Origin: Planctomycetota bacterium
GTDB lineage: Bacteria; Planctomycetota; B15-G4
DNA length: 64,000 nucleotides
Direction: 5' to 3'
NCBI GenBank assembly: GCA_965248575.1
Contig: CBDFJQ010000002.1
Coordinates: 3,264,001 to 3,328,000 of the forward strand
Positions 29,287 to 38,550 of the stretch are shown in pieces; position 1 is the stretch's first letter; every line of letters begins with the position of its first letter. The translations under genes were made by a program, and so were the position numbers. The notes below the pieces were generated by a model that saw only the letters and a list, made by a program, of their open reading frames with translations, was not told where the DNA came from and did no database searches.

Positions 29287-31146
29287 TCAGTTCGAGCCCG
29301 CTGCATCGGCTGCTTCAGCAACAGGTTCAGCGGCGGCCGGCACGACGGCAGTGCCCTCGCTGGCAGCCCCGCTGGCAGCCTCTGACGAGGCATCGTCTGT
29401 GGGGCTCGCCGCGCCATCGGTGATGACAGCGCCGGCCTCGCCGTCGGCAGACCCGCCCGCAGGCGCCTCGGAGTCGATGCTGTCCCCGATGCCGCCGTCA
29501 CCGTGCTCTGCCTTGGTGTCGTCGTCGGCGCTGTCATCGGTGCCGTCGTCGATGCCGTCATCGCCCTCAGCGTCATCGTCCGCGTCACTGGCTTCTTCGC
29601 CGGTGTCTTCAACGGCGTCATCGTCACCCACAACGTCTTCCTCGCCCTCGAATGTCGGCTCCTTCTCCTCGGACGACTCCGAACCCAGGTTCGGGTTGTA
29701 GAGCAAGACCCGGTCGCCTTCGTCGAGGCCTTCAAGGACCTCGATGTAGACGTCGTTGCTCATGCCGGGCTCCACCGTCGCCTTCTCGGGTTGGCCAGCG
29801 GCATCTAGCCGGTAGACCCAGTGTTCGCCCTCCTCCAGGAAGACACACTGGATGGGGATGTAGATCACGTCTTCGCGACGATCGATGAACACTTCCGCCT
29901 TCGCGCTGATGCCCGGCTTCAGTTCAACGTCCAGAGCCTTCGTGTCCAAAGTGACGTCCACGTCGAACTTCTTGACCTCGGGGTCGTCATCCCAGGGGTT
30001 CTCCCCCGAGGCGATGGCGCCGATCTTGGTCACGGTTCCATCCAGCACGAGGCCCGGATAGGTGTCCATGCTGACCTTGGCCGCCAGCCCCACCGCGAGC
30101 TTGCTGATGTCCGCCTCATGGATGCGGATCTTGACCTCCATGATGCGTAGGTCGGGGATCGTCAGCACCGTGAACTGACCCCAGATCTCACCACCCACGC
30201 GAATGCGGTCGCGCTCCCAAGGCCGTTGAGGATCGCCGTAGATGACGATGCCCGGGCTCGGCGCCGAGAGGACCATGTTGGAGATCTGCTCCGTGAGCTC
30301 ATCCACCTGATCGTTCAGCTTGTCGAGGCGCTTCTGGTACTGATCCACGTTCACTTCGCGCTGCCGCAAGGTGGACTTGGCACGCAGGGCGGACGTGTCG
30401 AGGCCACGCCTACCATCGCTCACCGCTACATCCCGCTCGGCGAGGGTCATGGGGAAGGTGTACTGCTCGAAGAGTTCGAGGTCCCGCTGCGCGCTCTCGA
30501 GCTCCACGGTGCGCTGTTCGTAGGAGATTTCATCCTCTTCGAGCTGCGACTTGTTGATGTACTCACGCTCCTGCAGCAACTGGCTGTCTTCGAAGCGTTT
30601 CTTGGCTCGGGTGAAGTTGGTCTCGGCCGTCTTGATGGAGACTTCCAGCCGCCGCCGCTCCTTGGGCGCATCCCCTTCGATGTAGCGTTCGCGCTCCTTG
30701 CGCGCCTTGTTGTCGGCGATCTCTGCCTTCTGGATGGTCGCCTCGTTGTCCGCCTTCTGGATCTCCAGGTCGGTCTCGGCGGTGTCCAGGTCCGCCTCGG
30801 CCTTCACCACGTCGAGCCCCTTCTCTTCCAGGTTCTCCTCAAAGCTGGTGGCGTCGAGCCGGGCCACCTCGATCCCCTCCTCGACCTGCGTCCCCTCCTC
30901 GATGAGGAAGGTGATTTTGGCCTGACCGCGCAGGTCGGTCTTGATCTTGGCCGACTCCTTGGCGACGAGCGTGCCGTTCTCCGTCACGGTGACGGTGAGC
31001 TGACCGCGACGCACGGTGAACAGACCGTTTTCAGGGATGGCGGCCGCAGCGTCTTCGCCATCGAAGACACCCGTGAGATAGGCCGTGGTTCCGCCACCCG
31101 CGAGGAGCAGCACCACGATGATCAGAGGGAGCTTCATAGTCGCCAC
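29287..31146 (-). CDS. Efflux membrane-fusion (MacA-like) periplasmic adaptor with acidic tail
   Basis: VRRGQL, long coiled coil, SAPSPGIV, IHEADI, LKPGISA, GLDEGDRV; Asp/Glu/Ala-rich C-terminus. Confidence 0.92.
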   Translation of the reverse strand: MATMKLPLIIVVLLLAGGGTTAYLTGVFDGEDAAAAIPENGLFTVRRGQLTVTVTENGTLVAKESAKIKTDLRGQAKITFLIEEGTQVEEGIEVARLDATSFEENLEEKGLDVVKAEADLDTAETDLEIQKADNEATIQKAEIADNKARKERERYIEGDAPKERRRLEVSIKTAETNFTRAKKRFEDSQLLQEREYINKSQLEEDEISYEQRTVELESAQRDLELFEQYTFPMTLAERDVAVSDGRRGLDTSALRAKSTLRQREVNVDQYQKRLDKLNDQVDELTEQISNMVLSAPSPGIVIYGDPQRPWERDRIRVGGEIWGQFTVLTIPDLRIMEVKIRIHEADISKLAVGLAAKVSMDTYPGLVLDGTVTKIGAIASGENPWDDDPEVKKFDVDVTLDTKALDVELKPGISAKAEVFIDRREDVIYIPIQCVFLEEGEHWVYRLDAAGQPEKATVEPGMSNDVYIEVLEGLDEGDRVLLYNPNLGSESSEEKEPTFEGEEDVVGDDDAVEDTGEEASDADDDAEGDDGIDDGTDDSADDDTKAEHGDGGIGDSIDSEAPAGGSADGEAGAVITDGAASPTDDASSEAASGAASEGTAVVPAAAEPVAEAADAAGSN

Positions 31147-32867
31147 ATTCCGTCATTCTCGATGAACAACAGGCCCAGGTCCCGATACAGACGCAAACGC
31201 GAAACGAAGTGGCTCACCTTGAACGAGATGAGTGCGTTCTCGGCATTGATGAGTGCTGCACGTGCTTCGAGCAGGGCGCGGTTCTCGACATCACCCGCCT
31301 CGTAGCGGATCTCCGTCACCGCCACCGCCCGCTCTTCCTGCCCGATCTGCTCCACCTGCAGATCGATCTGCTGCTCGGTCCGTTCCAGCTGACGCAACGC
31401 GTCGTTGATGTCGCGCTCGACGTTCTCCAGCAGGATGTCGTAGTCGCGCTGGGAGCGGTCGCGCGCGATCACCGCAGAGCGGTAGGCATTGCGCTCCGAC
31501 TTACGCTGGATGGGGATGTCCAGGGAAAGTCCGACGGAGCTGTTCCGATCCGAGAGCAGTTGTCCGTTGGGTTCGAAGTTCTGCACGTCGTCCGTGGGGT
31601 CGGTCTTATCGAACTTGCTCACGGACCCCGTCTTCGAGTTGTGCACGCCGCTCAGCCCGTAGCCCATGGTCAGGTCGAGGTCTGGCAGCAGGGTGTCCCG
31701 GGACAAACGCAGGGACCTAGCGCTGTCCTCAAGCCGTTCCTTGGCCGTGATCAGGTCCAGACGGTTGCCGAGGGCCACGGTCACCGCAGAATCGGGATCG
31801 AGGGAAACGCCCAGGAAGGGCGGCTCTTCATCGCCGACGTCGATCTCCTGATCGTCCGGTAGGCCCAGACGAATGCGGAAGGAGTCCACCTGCAGGTCGT
31901 AGTTCGCCCGAGCCACCAGCACGCCGTTCTCGGCGTTGATCTCGTTACGACGAGCGAGAAAGACATCCTCATCCTGGTTGCGATCCAGCTGCCGTAAGGC
32001 TTCCGCCTTCTCGCGGTCAAAGACCGCCTCGGCGTAGCGCCGCTCTTCGTTCAACAGCTGAGTGCGTTCGCTGACCAGGTCGAAGTAATCGCTGGCGATG
32101 CTGATGGCGTGGTCTTGCCGGAACAACTCGAAGCTGCGGACTTCGTAGACCATGTTGCGCTCGGCCTGCGTCAGCGCCTCATGGGACACCTCGTAACCAG
32201 CGCCACGCAACAACGGTTGGTTGAGCGAGAAGTTCAGGTTGGAGGTGTAGACATCCCGCGCGGAGGGCGTCGGCGAACGCAGGAAAGACAGGCCGCTCGA
32301 CAGGGCAAACGTGCCGCCCGTGGGAAGGATCTGGCTGACGCCGAAGGAACCGGACGTCGTGGTGCTTGGCGTCCCACCTCTCGCATCCGTGAAGAGGGTG
32401 GAAAGGGTCGCATTCAGCTGCGGCCCGAAGTTGAAACGCGTGAGTGACAAGCTCAACCCTTGCAGGTAGAGGCTCTCGCGCCGAGACACGAACTCCCGGC
32501 TGGTCGTGAAGGCCGAGATCAGTGCCGAGGCCAGGTCGATGCGTGTGGGCCTACCCTCGACACCTGATCGATCGGCCGCCTCGGACTCCACCCGGTCCTT
32601 CTCCATCGTCGCGAGGGCCTGGCCAGCATGCTGGGTCCCAGGCTCGACGGCTTCTTGCTCGATCTCCACCGCAGGCTCTGGCTGAAGAAGGTGCGACTCG
32701 CGGGCATCCAGAACCCGGAAGGTGCTCTCGGTGAGGACCTCATCCACCTCCCGATCTGCTTCCCCCACCCACTCAGACGGTGAACGGCAGCTCCCGAGCC
32801 CCAGCAGCAGGAGGGATACGGCGGCCCAGCACGCCCGCCTCGATCTCAAGCACAGCACGTCATGCAC
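31134..32867 (-). CDS. TolC-family outer membrane efflux lipoprotein
   Basis: Lipobox LGSC; LNQPLLRGAG, LPDLDL, RYEAG, LYRDLG; GTG start after AGGAG. Confidence 0.88.
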   Translation of the reverse strand: MHDVLCLRSRRACWAAVSLLLLGLGSCRSPSEWVGEADREVDEVLTESTFRVLDARESHLLQPEPAVEIEQEAVEPGTQHAGQALATMEKDRVESEAADRSGVEGRPTRIDLASALISAFTTSREFVSRRESLYLQGLSLSLTRFNFGPQLNATLSTLFTDARGGTPSTTTSGSFGVSQILPTGGTFALSSGLSFLRSPTPSARDVYTSNLNFSLNQPLLRGAGYEVSHEALTQAERNMVYEVRSFELFRQDHAISIASDYFDLVSERTQLLNEERRYAEAVFDREKAEALRQLDRNQDEDVFLARRNEINAENGVLVARANYDLQVDSFRIRLGLPDDQEIDVGDEEPPFLGVSLDPDSAVTVALGNRLDLITAKERLEDSARSLRLSRDTLLPDLDLTMGYGLSGVHNSKTGSVSKFDKTDPTDDVQNFEPNGQLLSDRNSSVGLSLDIPIQRKSERNAYRSAVIARDRSQRDYDILLENVERDINDALRQLERTEQQIDLQVEQIGQEERAVAVTEIRYEAGDVENRALLEARAALINAENALISFKVSHFVSRLRLYRDLGLLFIENDGMWRL

Positions 32868-33144
32868 TTCTCTAACTCCTTGCGCTTCGCTCCTTGCAGA
32901 TCCCGCCAAGGAGTCCCCAGGACTCCCAGACTGCATTCGCTGGATGAGATCAGACCCGACACCAGCCGCAAGCAAGACGCGGCCCGCATCCGACTGTCAA
33001 CGGCAACCCACCCCCAACGATCGACGGGAGGCCCAACGTCGGTCTGTATGTCCGAAAGCCCAGCACGCAACGTTGGACTTGAGACCCCAGGAAACCGAAA
33101 GCGGAGTTTAACCAGCCCTGAAAGCTGTTCCCGAAGCAGCCAGC

Positions 33145-34557
33145 TTATGCCACCACCACGTCACCACCTGGAATTCCCCGGGTGACTCCGCGGGTGTCCA
33201 CCACAAGAGGCGCAGCCTCCACCACGAGCGGATAGTCCACACCGGAATGATCCGTGACGATCACGACGGCCGTACATGTTTCCAACCCTTGGCGATTCAG
33301 TTCTTCACTGGAGAGCGCCTCGCGTCGCCCGTGGGCGCAGGCCGGTTCCGCCGGGACATGGGGGTCGTGATAGGACACCCGCGCCCCCGCGTCGTGCAGG
33401 ATGTCCAGCAGGGCAAGGCCCGGGCTTCCGCGCACATCGTTCACATCCCGCTTGTACGCGATGCCCAGGACGAGCACGTCAGCCCCTGCAAGAGGGACCC
33501 CTCGTTGCTCCAGCGCCTGCTCGAGACGCGCCAGCACGTAGCTGGGCATGGAGCGGTTGACTTCACCCGCAAGTTCGATGAAACGCGAGTGCGCACCCGC
33601 CTGCCTCGCTGCCCAAGCCAGGTAGAAGGGGTCGATGGGGATGCAGTGCCCCCCCAAGCCGGGTCCGGGGCGAAAGCCCTGGAAACCAAAGGGTTTCGTG
33701 GAGGCCGCATCGACCACCTCATGGATGTCGATGTCCATGGCGGTGAGCACCATCTTCATCTCATTCACCATGGCGATGTTCACGGCGCGGTAGATGTTCT
33801 CCAGCAACTTGGCGGCCTCGGCGACCTCCGGGCTGCTGACGGGGACGACGGTACGCACCGCGCATTCGTAAAGCGCCACGGCCAGGATTCGCGAGACATC
33901 ATCCAGCGCGCCGACCACCCGCGGGACCTCGGCGCGTGATCCGCCGCGCCCGGGGTCTTCGCGTTCCGGAGCGAAGGCGAGGAAGTACTCATGGCCGCAA
34001 CGCAAGCCACTCTCATCCAGCAGCGGCCGCACCACATCGCGCGTCGTACCCGGGTAGGTCGTCGACTCCAGGACGACCAACTGACCGGGACGCAAGCTCC
34101 GGGCGATGCATCGGCAGGTGTCCGTCACCGCGCTCAAGTCGGGTGCATCACCAACACCCAAGGGCGTGGGCACACAGACGATGACAACGTCCACGGCGGC
34201 CAGACGAGACATGTCGTGCAGCGCCTCGAAGCGCCCAGTGTCATCCAGGGCTCGGACGAAGCCGGCGCCCAGGTGCTCCAGGTCACAGTTGCCGGCCCTC
34301 AGGCGCTTGACCTTGGCCACATCGATGTCGAAACCGAGCACCGTCAGCCCGGCCTCCACCATGGCTCCGGCGACAGGCAGGCCGATGTACCCCAACCCCA
34401 TGACACCCACCACGGCGCGCCGGGATTCGATCAGCGCTCGGAGCTGCTGCGCCTCAGGCGAGCCTGCGTTGGCGCCGAGAGACGCCTTGTGAGCAGGACG
34501 TGGGGCGGCACCGGTCGAAGCCTCGGGGCCTTGCTGGTTCAAGCTGAACTCGCTCAC
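33145..34557 (-). CDS. Nucleotide-sugar (UDP-N-acetylhexosamine) 6-dehydrogenase, WbpA/WecC family
   Basis: GLGYIGLP, CVPTP, LESTTYPGTT, PEREDPG, GGHCIPIDP, AYKRDVNDVR. Confidence 0.93.
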   Translation of the reverse strand: MSEFSLNQQGPEASTGAAPRPAHKASLGANAGSPEAQQLRALIESRRAVVGVMGLGYIGLPVAGAMVEAGLTVLGFDIDVAKVKRLRAGNCDLEHLGAGFVRALDDTGRFEALHDMSRLAAVDVVIVCVPTPLGVGDAPDLSAVTDTCRCIARSLRPGQLVVLESTTYPGTTRDVVRPLLDESGLRCGHEYFLAFAPEREDPGRGGSRAEVPRVVGALDDVSRILAVALYECAVRTVVPVSSPEVAEAAKLLENIYRAVNIAMVNEMKMVLTAMDIDIHEVVDAASTKPFGFQGFRPGPGLGGHCIPIDPFYLAWAARQAGAHSRFIELAGEVNRSMPSYVLARLEQALEQRGVPLAGADVLVLGIAYKRDVNDVRGSPGLALLDILHDAGARVSYHDPHVPAEPACAHGRREALSSEELNRQGLETCTAVVIVTDHSGVDYPLVVEAAPLVVDTRGVTRGIPGGDVVVA

Positions 34558-36035
34558 GTGCTCTCCGCCGGTGCTGTGTCAGGAGGGGCTGGCTCAGACA
34601 GATCCGCGACGTCCCGTAGGCCTCGTTCCCACTTGCCGCTGATGAACAGCAAGGTCATCACGAGGCCCTTCAGGGCAGCGCTGATCACGATGGCATACCA
34701 GACGCCTGCGAGGCCCCAAGTCGTCCCAAGCGCCAGGCCAAAAGCGATGGGAAGCCTCAGCAGATTGCCGGGGATGGAGACGCAGGCGGCCATGACAGGC
34801 GAACCAGCCACTGTCATCGTGTCCCCATAGACCATCTCCATGGCCTGGGGAATCTGGCAGAAGGCCATGATGCTGATGTAGAGCGCCGCCGCCTCCAGGA
34901 TGCCCGGGTCGTCGGTGTAGATGCCGGCCAGGGCGCCTGGGACGCTGAGAAAGATCGCCGTCGTCAACAGCATCACGGCGCTCGTCAGGAGCACACCCAC
35001 ATGACCCGCGCGGCGAGCGCGCGGCAGATCCCCTGCACCAATGGCGTGGGCCGCCACGGTGCCCGTGGCCACGCCGAAGCCCAACACGACCATGAACGAA
35101 AGACTCTCGACCCCGCGGAACCCGATCGCGTAGGCACCGAGTGCGTCTTGCCCGAAGCGTGCAATGAGGTCCGTGAGGCAGGCCGCCACCACCGCATACA
35201 GCAGGGTCGAAGCGCCCGAGGGCATGCCCACCCGCAGGATCTCGGCGCCCATGCGGCGGTTCCGGCGGTAGCTCACACGCTGCAACAGCCCTTCGAAATG
35301 ACCCCGCTTCACGAGCCGGCGAAAACCCACCACAGCCGAGAGCAGGCGCGAAGCACCGGTCGCCATGGCCGCCCCGGCGATCCCCAGGCCACCCACCTCC
35401 CAGGACACACCACCGAACTGGAAGTCATGGGGCAGCACCAACAGCCAGTTAAGCGCCGTGTTCGCCAGCACTGCCATGGCCTGCAGCTTGAAGGGGGTCT
35501 TGGTGTCCCCCATGCCCTGGAAGCAGAACTCGATCAAGGGCGAGAGGAAGAGCACCGGCGCAAAGATCATCAGCGTGCGGATGTACTCCGTGCCCGCCAC
35601 GATGGTGGCGCCTTCCCCCCCCATGGCTTCCAGGATCTCCGGGATGAAGACCCACTCCAGGACGGCGAGCGGGACGAGTACCAGCAAGGCGAGACGGATG
35701 CCCTGGGCCATGGCGGCCTGGCAGCCAGCCAGATCGCGCGCTCCAAATCGACGGCCCACCAGGCTCTGGGTGCCCCGGGCCAGGGTCAGAATGAAGCCGA
35801 AGTTGGCAATGCTGACGATCTGGAAGAGACCCATGGCGTTCGTCGCCTCGGGCCCCACCGCCTTCAGGAAGTACGCATCGTTGACGTGATAGAAGTTCGG
35901 CAGCAGGAAGGACAGCACGGCCGGCCCCGCCAGCCAGCAGATGGCCGCTGCCAAGGGCTGCCCGGTGGTGTCCCTCACGAGCCCCACGTCCGCTGAAAGC
36001 CCCCTGGCCGGGTACGGCGCAGGGATCGCTGGCAA
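34554..36035 (-). CDS. MATE family transporter
   Basis: About 12 TM; GMGDTKTP, GIAGAAMATG, GLAGVW; start uncertain (possibly GTG 35987). Confidence 0.9.
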   Translation of the reverse strand: MPAIPAPYPARGLSADVGLVRDTTGQPLAAAICWLAGPAVLSFLLPNFYHVNDAYFLKAVGPEATNAMGLFQIVSIANFGFILTLARGTQSLVGRRFGARDLAGCQAAMAQGIRLALLVLVPLAVLEWVFIPEILEAMGGEGATIVAGTEYIRTLMIFAPVLFLSPLIEFCFQGMGDTKTPFKLQAMAVLANTALNWLLVLPHDFQFGGVSWEVGGLGIAGAAMATGASRLLSAVVGFRRLVKRGHFEGLLQRVSYRRNRRMGAEILRVGMPSGASTLLYAVVAACLTDLIARFGQDALGAYAIGFRGVESLSFMVVLGFGVATGTVAAHAIGAGDLPRARRAGHVGVLLTSAVMLLTTAIFLSVPGALAGIYTDDPGILEAAALYISIMAFCQIPQAMEMVYGDTMTVAGSPVMAACVSIPGNLLRLPIAFGLALGTTWGLAGVWYAIVISAALKGLVMTLLFISGKWERGLRDVADLSEPAPPDTAPAEST

Positions 36036-36106
36036 GCACGAGCTGGCATCGAGGAGGTTGCTCCCAGCAAAGGCGAGGATTGTAGACGTCCCATCAGACC
36101 GGAAGA

Positions 36107-37459
36107 ATGCCCCGCATGTCTGCTCGCGTCTGCATTGCCGGTGGTGGCCCCACCGGCCTCATGATGGCTCGCCTCCTCGCGGAGGACGGCCACCAAGTCA
36201 CCGTCTACGAGGCCGATGGGGAGATCGGCGGCCTGTGCCGAAGCCGGGTGGTGGACGGCTACACCTTCGATCTGGCGGGCGGCCACATCATGTTCACCAA
36301 GGACCAGCGCGTGTCCGATTTCTGGACCGAGCTGTTCGTGGACGAGCCCTGCGTGGTCACGGAGCGCAAGACGCGCATCCTGCACGACAAAGATCACTGG
36401 GTGAGTTACCCCTTCGAGAACGCCTTGGGCGAGCTGCCCCTGGAGCACAACCTTGAGTGCACCGAGGGCGTCGTCCGGGCCTACCTCGAACGACAGGCTG
36501 GCGCGGCGGAGCCCCAGGACTTCGAGGGCTGGATCCGCTGGAAGATGGGGGCCGGCGTCGCCAAACACTTCATGGAGCCCTACAACCGCAAGATCTGGAA
36601 GAGCGATCTGGCGAACATGGGCACGGTCTGGATTGCGGGCCGGGTGCCCGACGCCCCGCTCGAGGACGTGCTCAAGGCGTCCCTGGGCGCGACGACCGAG
36701 GGCTACACGCATCAGTCCCAGTTCCGTTACCCGCTGCAAGGTGGGTTCGCGGCGATCCACGAGCGCATCGCGCGCCCCATCGCCAGTCGGGTCCAGCTCA
36801 ACCACCGGGTCGAGCAGATCGAACAGCGGGCCGGCGGCGGTTGGGTGGTGGACGGGGAGGACTTCGACCACGTCATTTCGACCATCCCCCTGCACGTGCT
36901 GCCCAAGGTGCTGCGAGGCATGGACCCGGCCGCCGCACAGGCCGCAAGCAAGCTCCAGTACCGCGGCGTCGCGGCCTACCTGCTCGGCATCGAGGAGGAG
37001 TTTGCCCAACCCTGGAGCTGGGTCTACCTGCCCCACGAGAAGCAGGGCCCTGCCAACCGAATCACCTATCTGTCGAACTACAGCCCGCGCAATGCCCCCA
37101 CCGGCAAGGCGTCCATCATGGCTGAGGTCACCTACGCCGGCAGCCCGCCAGCGACGGATGAAGCCGGTCGCCTGGCCGTGGCGCACGGCCTGTCGGATGC
37201 CGGGCTACTGCACACCGACCGACTGACGGTCACCGACGCCCACGTGAACCCCGTGGCCTACATCCTCTACGACCAGCAATTCGAGTCGAAGCGGAACACC
37301 CTGCTGGCGCATCTCGATGGCATGGAGGGGTTCCATGCCATCGGTCGCTTCGGTCGTTACGAGTACCACAACTCCGACCAGTGCCTAGCCCAGGCCATGG
37401 ACCTCCACGCCCGACTGAGCCCCGAGCTCGCCCGCGGCGGGGGTGAGGCCGATGCCTGA
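36107..37459 (+). CDS. FAD-dependent UDP-galactopyranose mutase-like enzyme (eukaryote-type UGM family)
   Basis: GGGPTG, GGLCRS, FDLAGGHIMF, FMEPYNRKIW, WIAGRV, RITYLSNYSP, GRFGRYEYHNSD; start may be 36116. Confidence 0.75.
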   Translation: MPRMSARVCIAGGGPTGLMMARLLAEDGHQVTVYEADGEIGGLCRSRVVDGYTFDLAGGHIMFTKDQRVSDFWTELFVDEPCVVTERKTRILHDKDHWVSYPFENALGELPLEHNLECTEGVVRAYLERQAGAAEPQDFEGWIRWKMGAGVAKHFMEPYNRKIWKSDLANMGTVWIAGRVPDAPLEDVLKASLGATTEGYTHQSQFRYPLQGGFAAIHERIARPIASRVQLNHRVEQIEQRAGGGWVVDGEDFDHVISTIPLHVLPKVLRGMDPAAAQAASKLQYRGVAAYLLGIEEEFAQPWSWVYLPHEKQGPANRITYLSNYSPRNAPTGKASIMAEVTYAGSPPATDEAGRLAVAHGLSDAGLLHTDRLTVTDAHVNPVAYILYDQQFESKRNTLLAHLDGMEGFHAIGRFGRYEYHNSDQCLAQAMDLHARLSPELARGGGEADA

Positions 37460-38420
37460 GGAGAGCGCTCCCCCGAACGTGGCGCTCGTCATCCCCACGT
37501 GGAATGGCGGCGCCTTGTTCGAGCGGGTCCTCGAGATGTGGGGCACGCAGACCGGGGTGGGGCAGCTGGAAGTCGTCTGCCCCGATTCCGGCAGCAGCGA
37601 TGGAACGAAAGACGCCGTGCGTCGGGCCGGTGGGACGGCCTTTGGCATCGCGCAGAGCGACTTCAACCACGGCGGCACCCGCAACCTCGCCCTGCACCAG
37701 ACCAGCGCCGACTTCATCATCCTCAGCGTGCAGGACGCGCTGCCCCTCAGCGCGACCGTGGCCCACGAGCTGGTGTCACCAATGGTGGCCGACCCCGAGC
37801 TCTGCGCGACCTACGGCCGCCAGGTCCCCAGGGACAGCTGCCACCCGGTGCTCCGGGCACGCATCGGCGAATGGGCAGGCGGCGACGAGCCGGTGGTCCA
37901 GGAGCTGGCGGGCCAAGACTGGGGAAGCATGGACCCCTTCGATCGCTTGGGGCTCATCCGCTACGACCATGTCATCGCCTGCGTGCGTCGCAGCACCTGG
38001 GAACAGCACTTGATCGGCGAAGTGTCCTTCGGGGAAGACGTCGAGTGGGCCTCCCGGGTCATCCGCGCCGGGGGCCGCATTGCCTTCGCTCCGGCCGCCG
38101 TCGTGGAACACAGCCACGACCGCACGCCGTGGGATGAGGCCCGGCGCATCTACTGCGACCATCGCAACCTCAGCCATCTCGTCGGCCTGGTGACCGTGCC
38201 CGAGCGCGCCCTCATCCGCCAGAACGTCCAGGCAGCCCGCGCCCACTACAAAGGCCTCGTGGAGGCGCAGCAGGATGTGGACGCGACCACCCGCGCCAAC
38301 TGGCAGCGCTGGGCCGACAAGCTCGCCCTGTATGAGAATTGGGCGCAGTTCCTGGGGGCCAACTGGTCGCGCAAGGCCTGGTTCCAACCCCTGGACCGCT
38401 GGCTCCGCCGTCGTATTTGA
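37452..38420 (+). CDS. Glycosyltransferase family 2 (rhamnosyltransferase-like)
   Basis: VIPTWNG, DSGSSDGT, FNHGGTRN, VQDALP, YGRQVPR, GED, HSH. Confidence 0.9.
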   Translation: MPEESAPPNVALVIPTWNGGALFERVLEMWGTQTGVGQLEVVCPDSGSSDGTKDAVRRAGGTAFGIAQSDFNHGGTRNLALHQTSADFIILSVQDALPLSATVAHELVSPMVADPELCATYGRQVPRDSCHPVLRARIGEWAGGDEPVVQELAGQDWGSMDPFDRLGLIRYDHVIACVRRSTWEQHLIGEVSFGEDVEWASRVIRAGGRIAFAPAAVVEHSHDRTPWDEARRIYCDHRNLSHLVGLVTVPERALIRQNVQAARAHYKGLVEAQQDVDATTRANWQRWADKLALYENWAQFLGANWSRKAWFQPLDRWLRRRI

Positions 38421-38550
38421 TGGAGGCCCATCGGAACCCCTTGGGTTGCCCTCGGTTTCATGCCGACCAAGCCCCGTAGCCTCTGGACCCCTCCACTCCT
38501 CTCCCTAGCTTGCTCGCCCGTCCCTCGACGGCCAGAATGAACCGCTGCCC

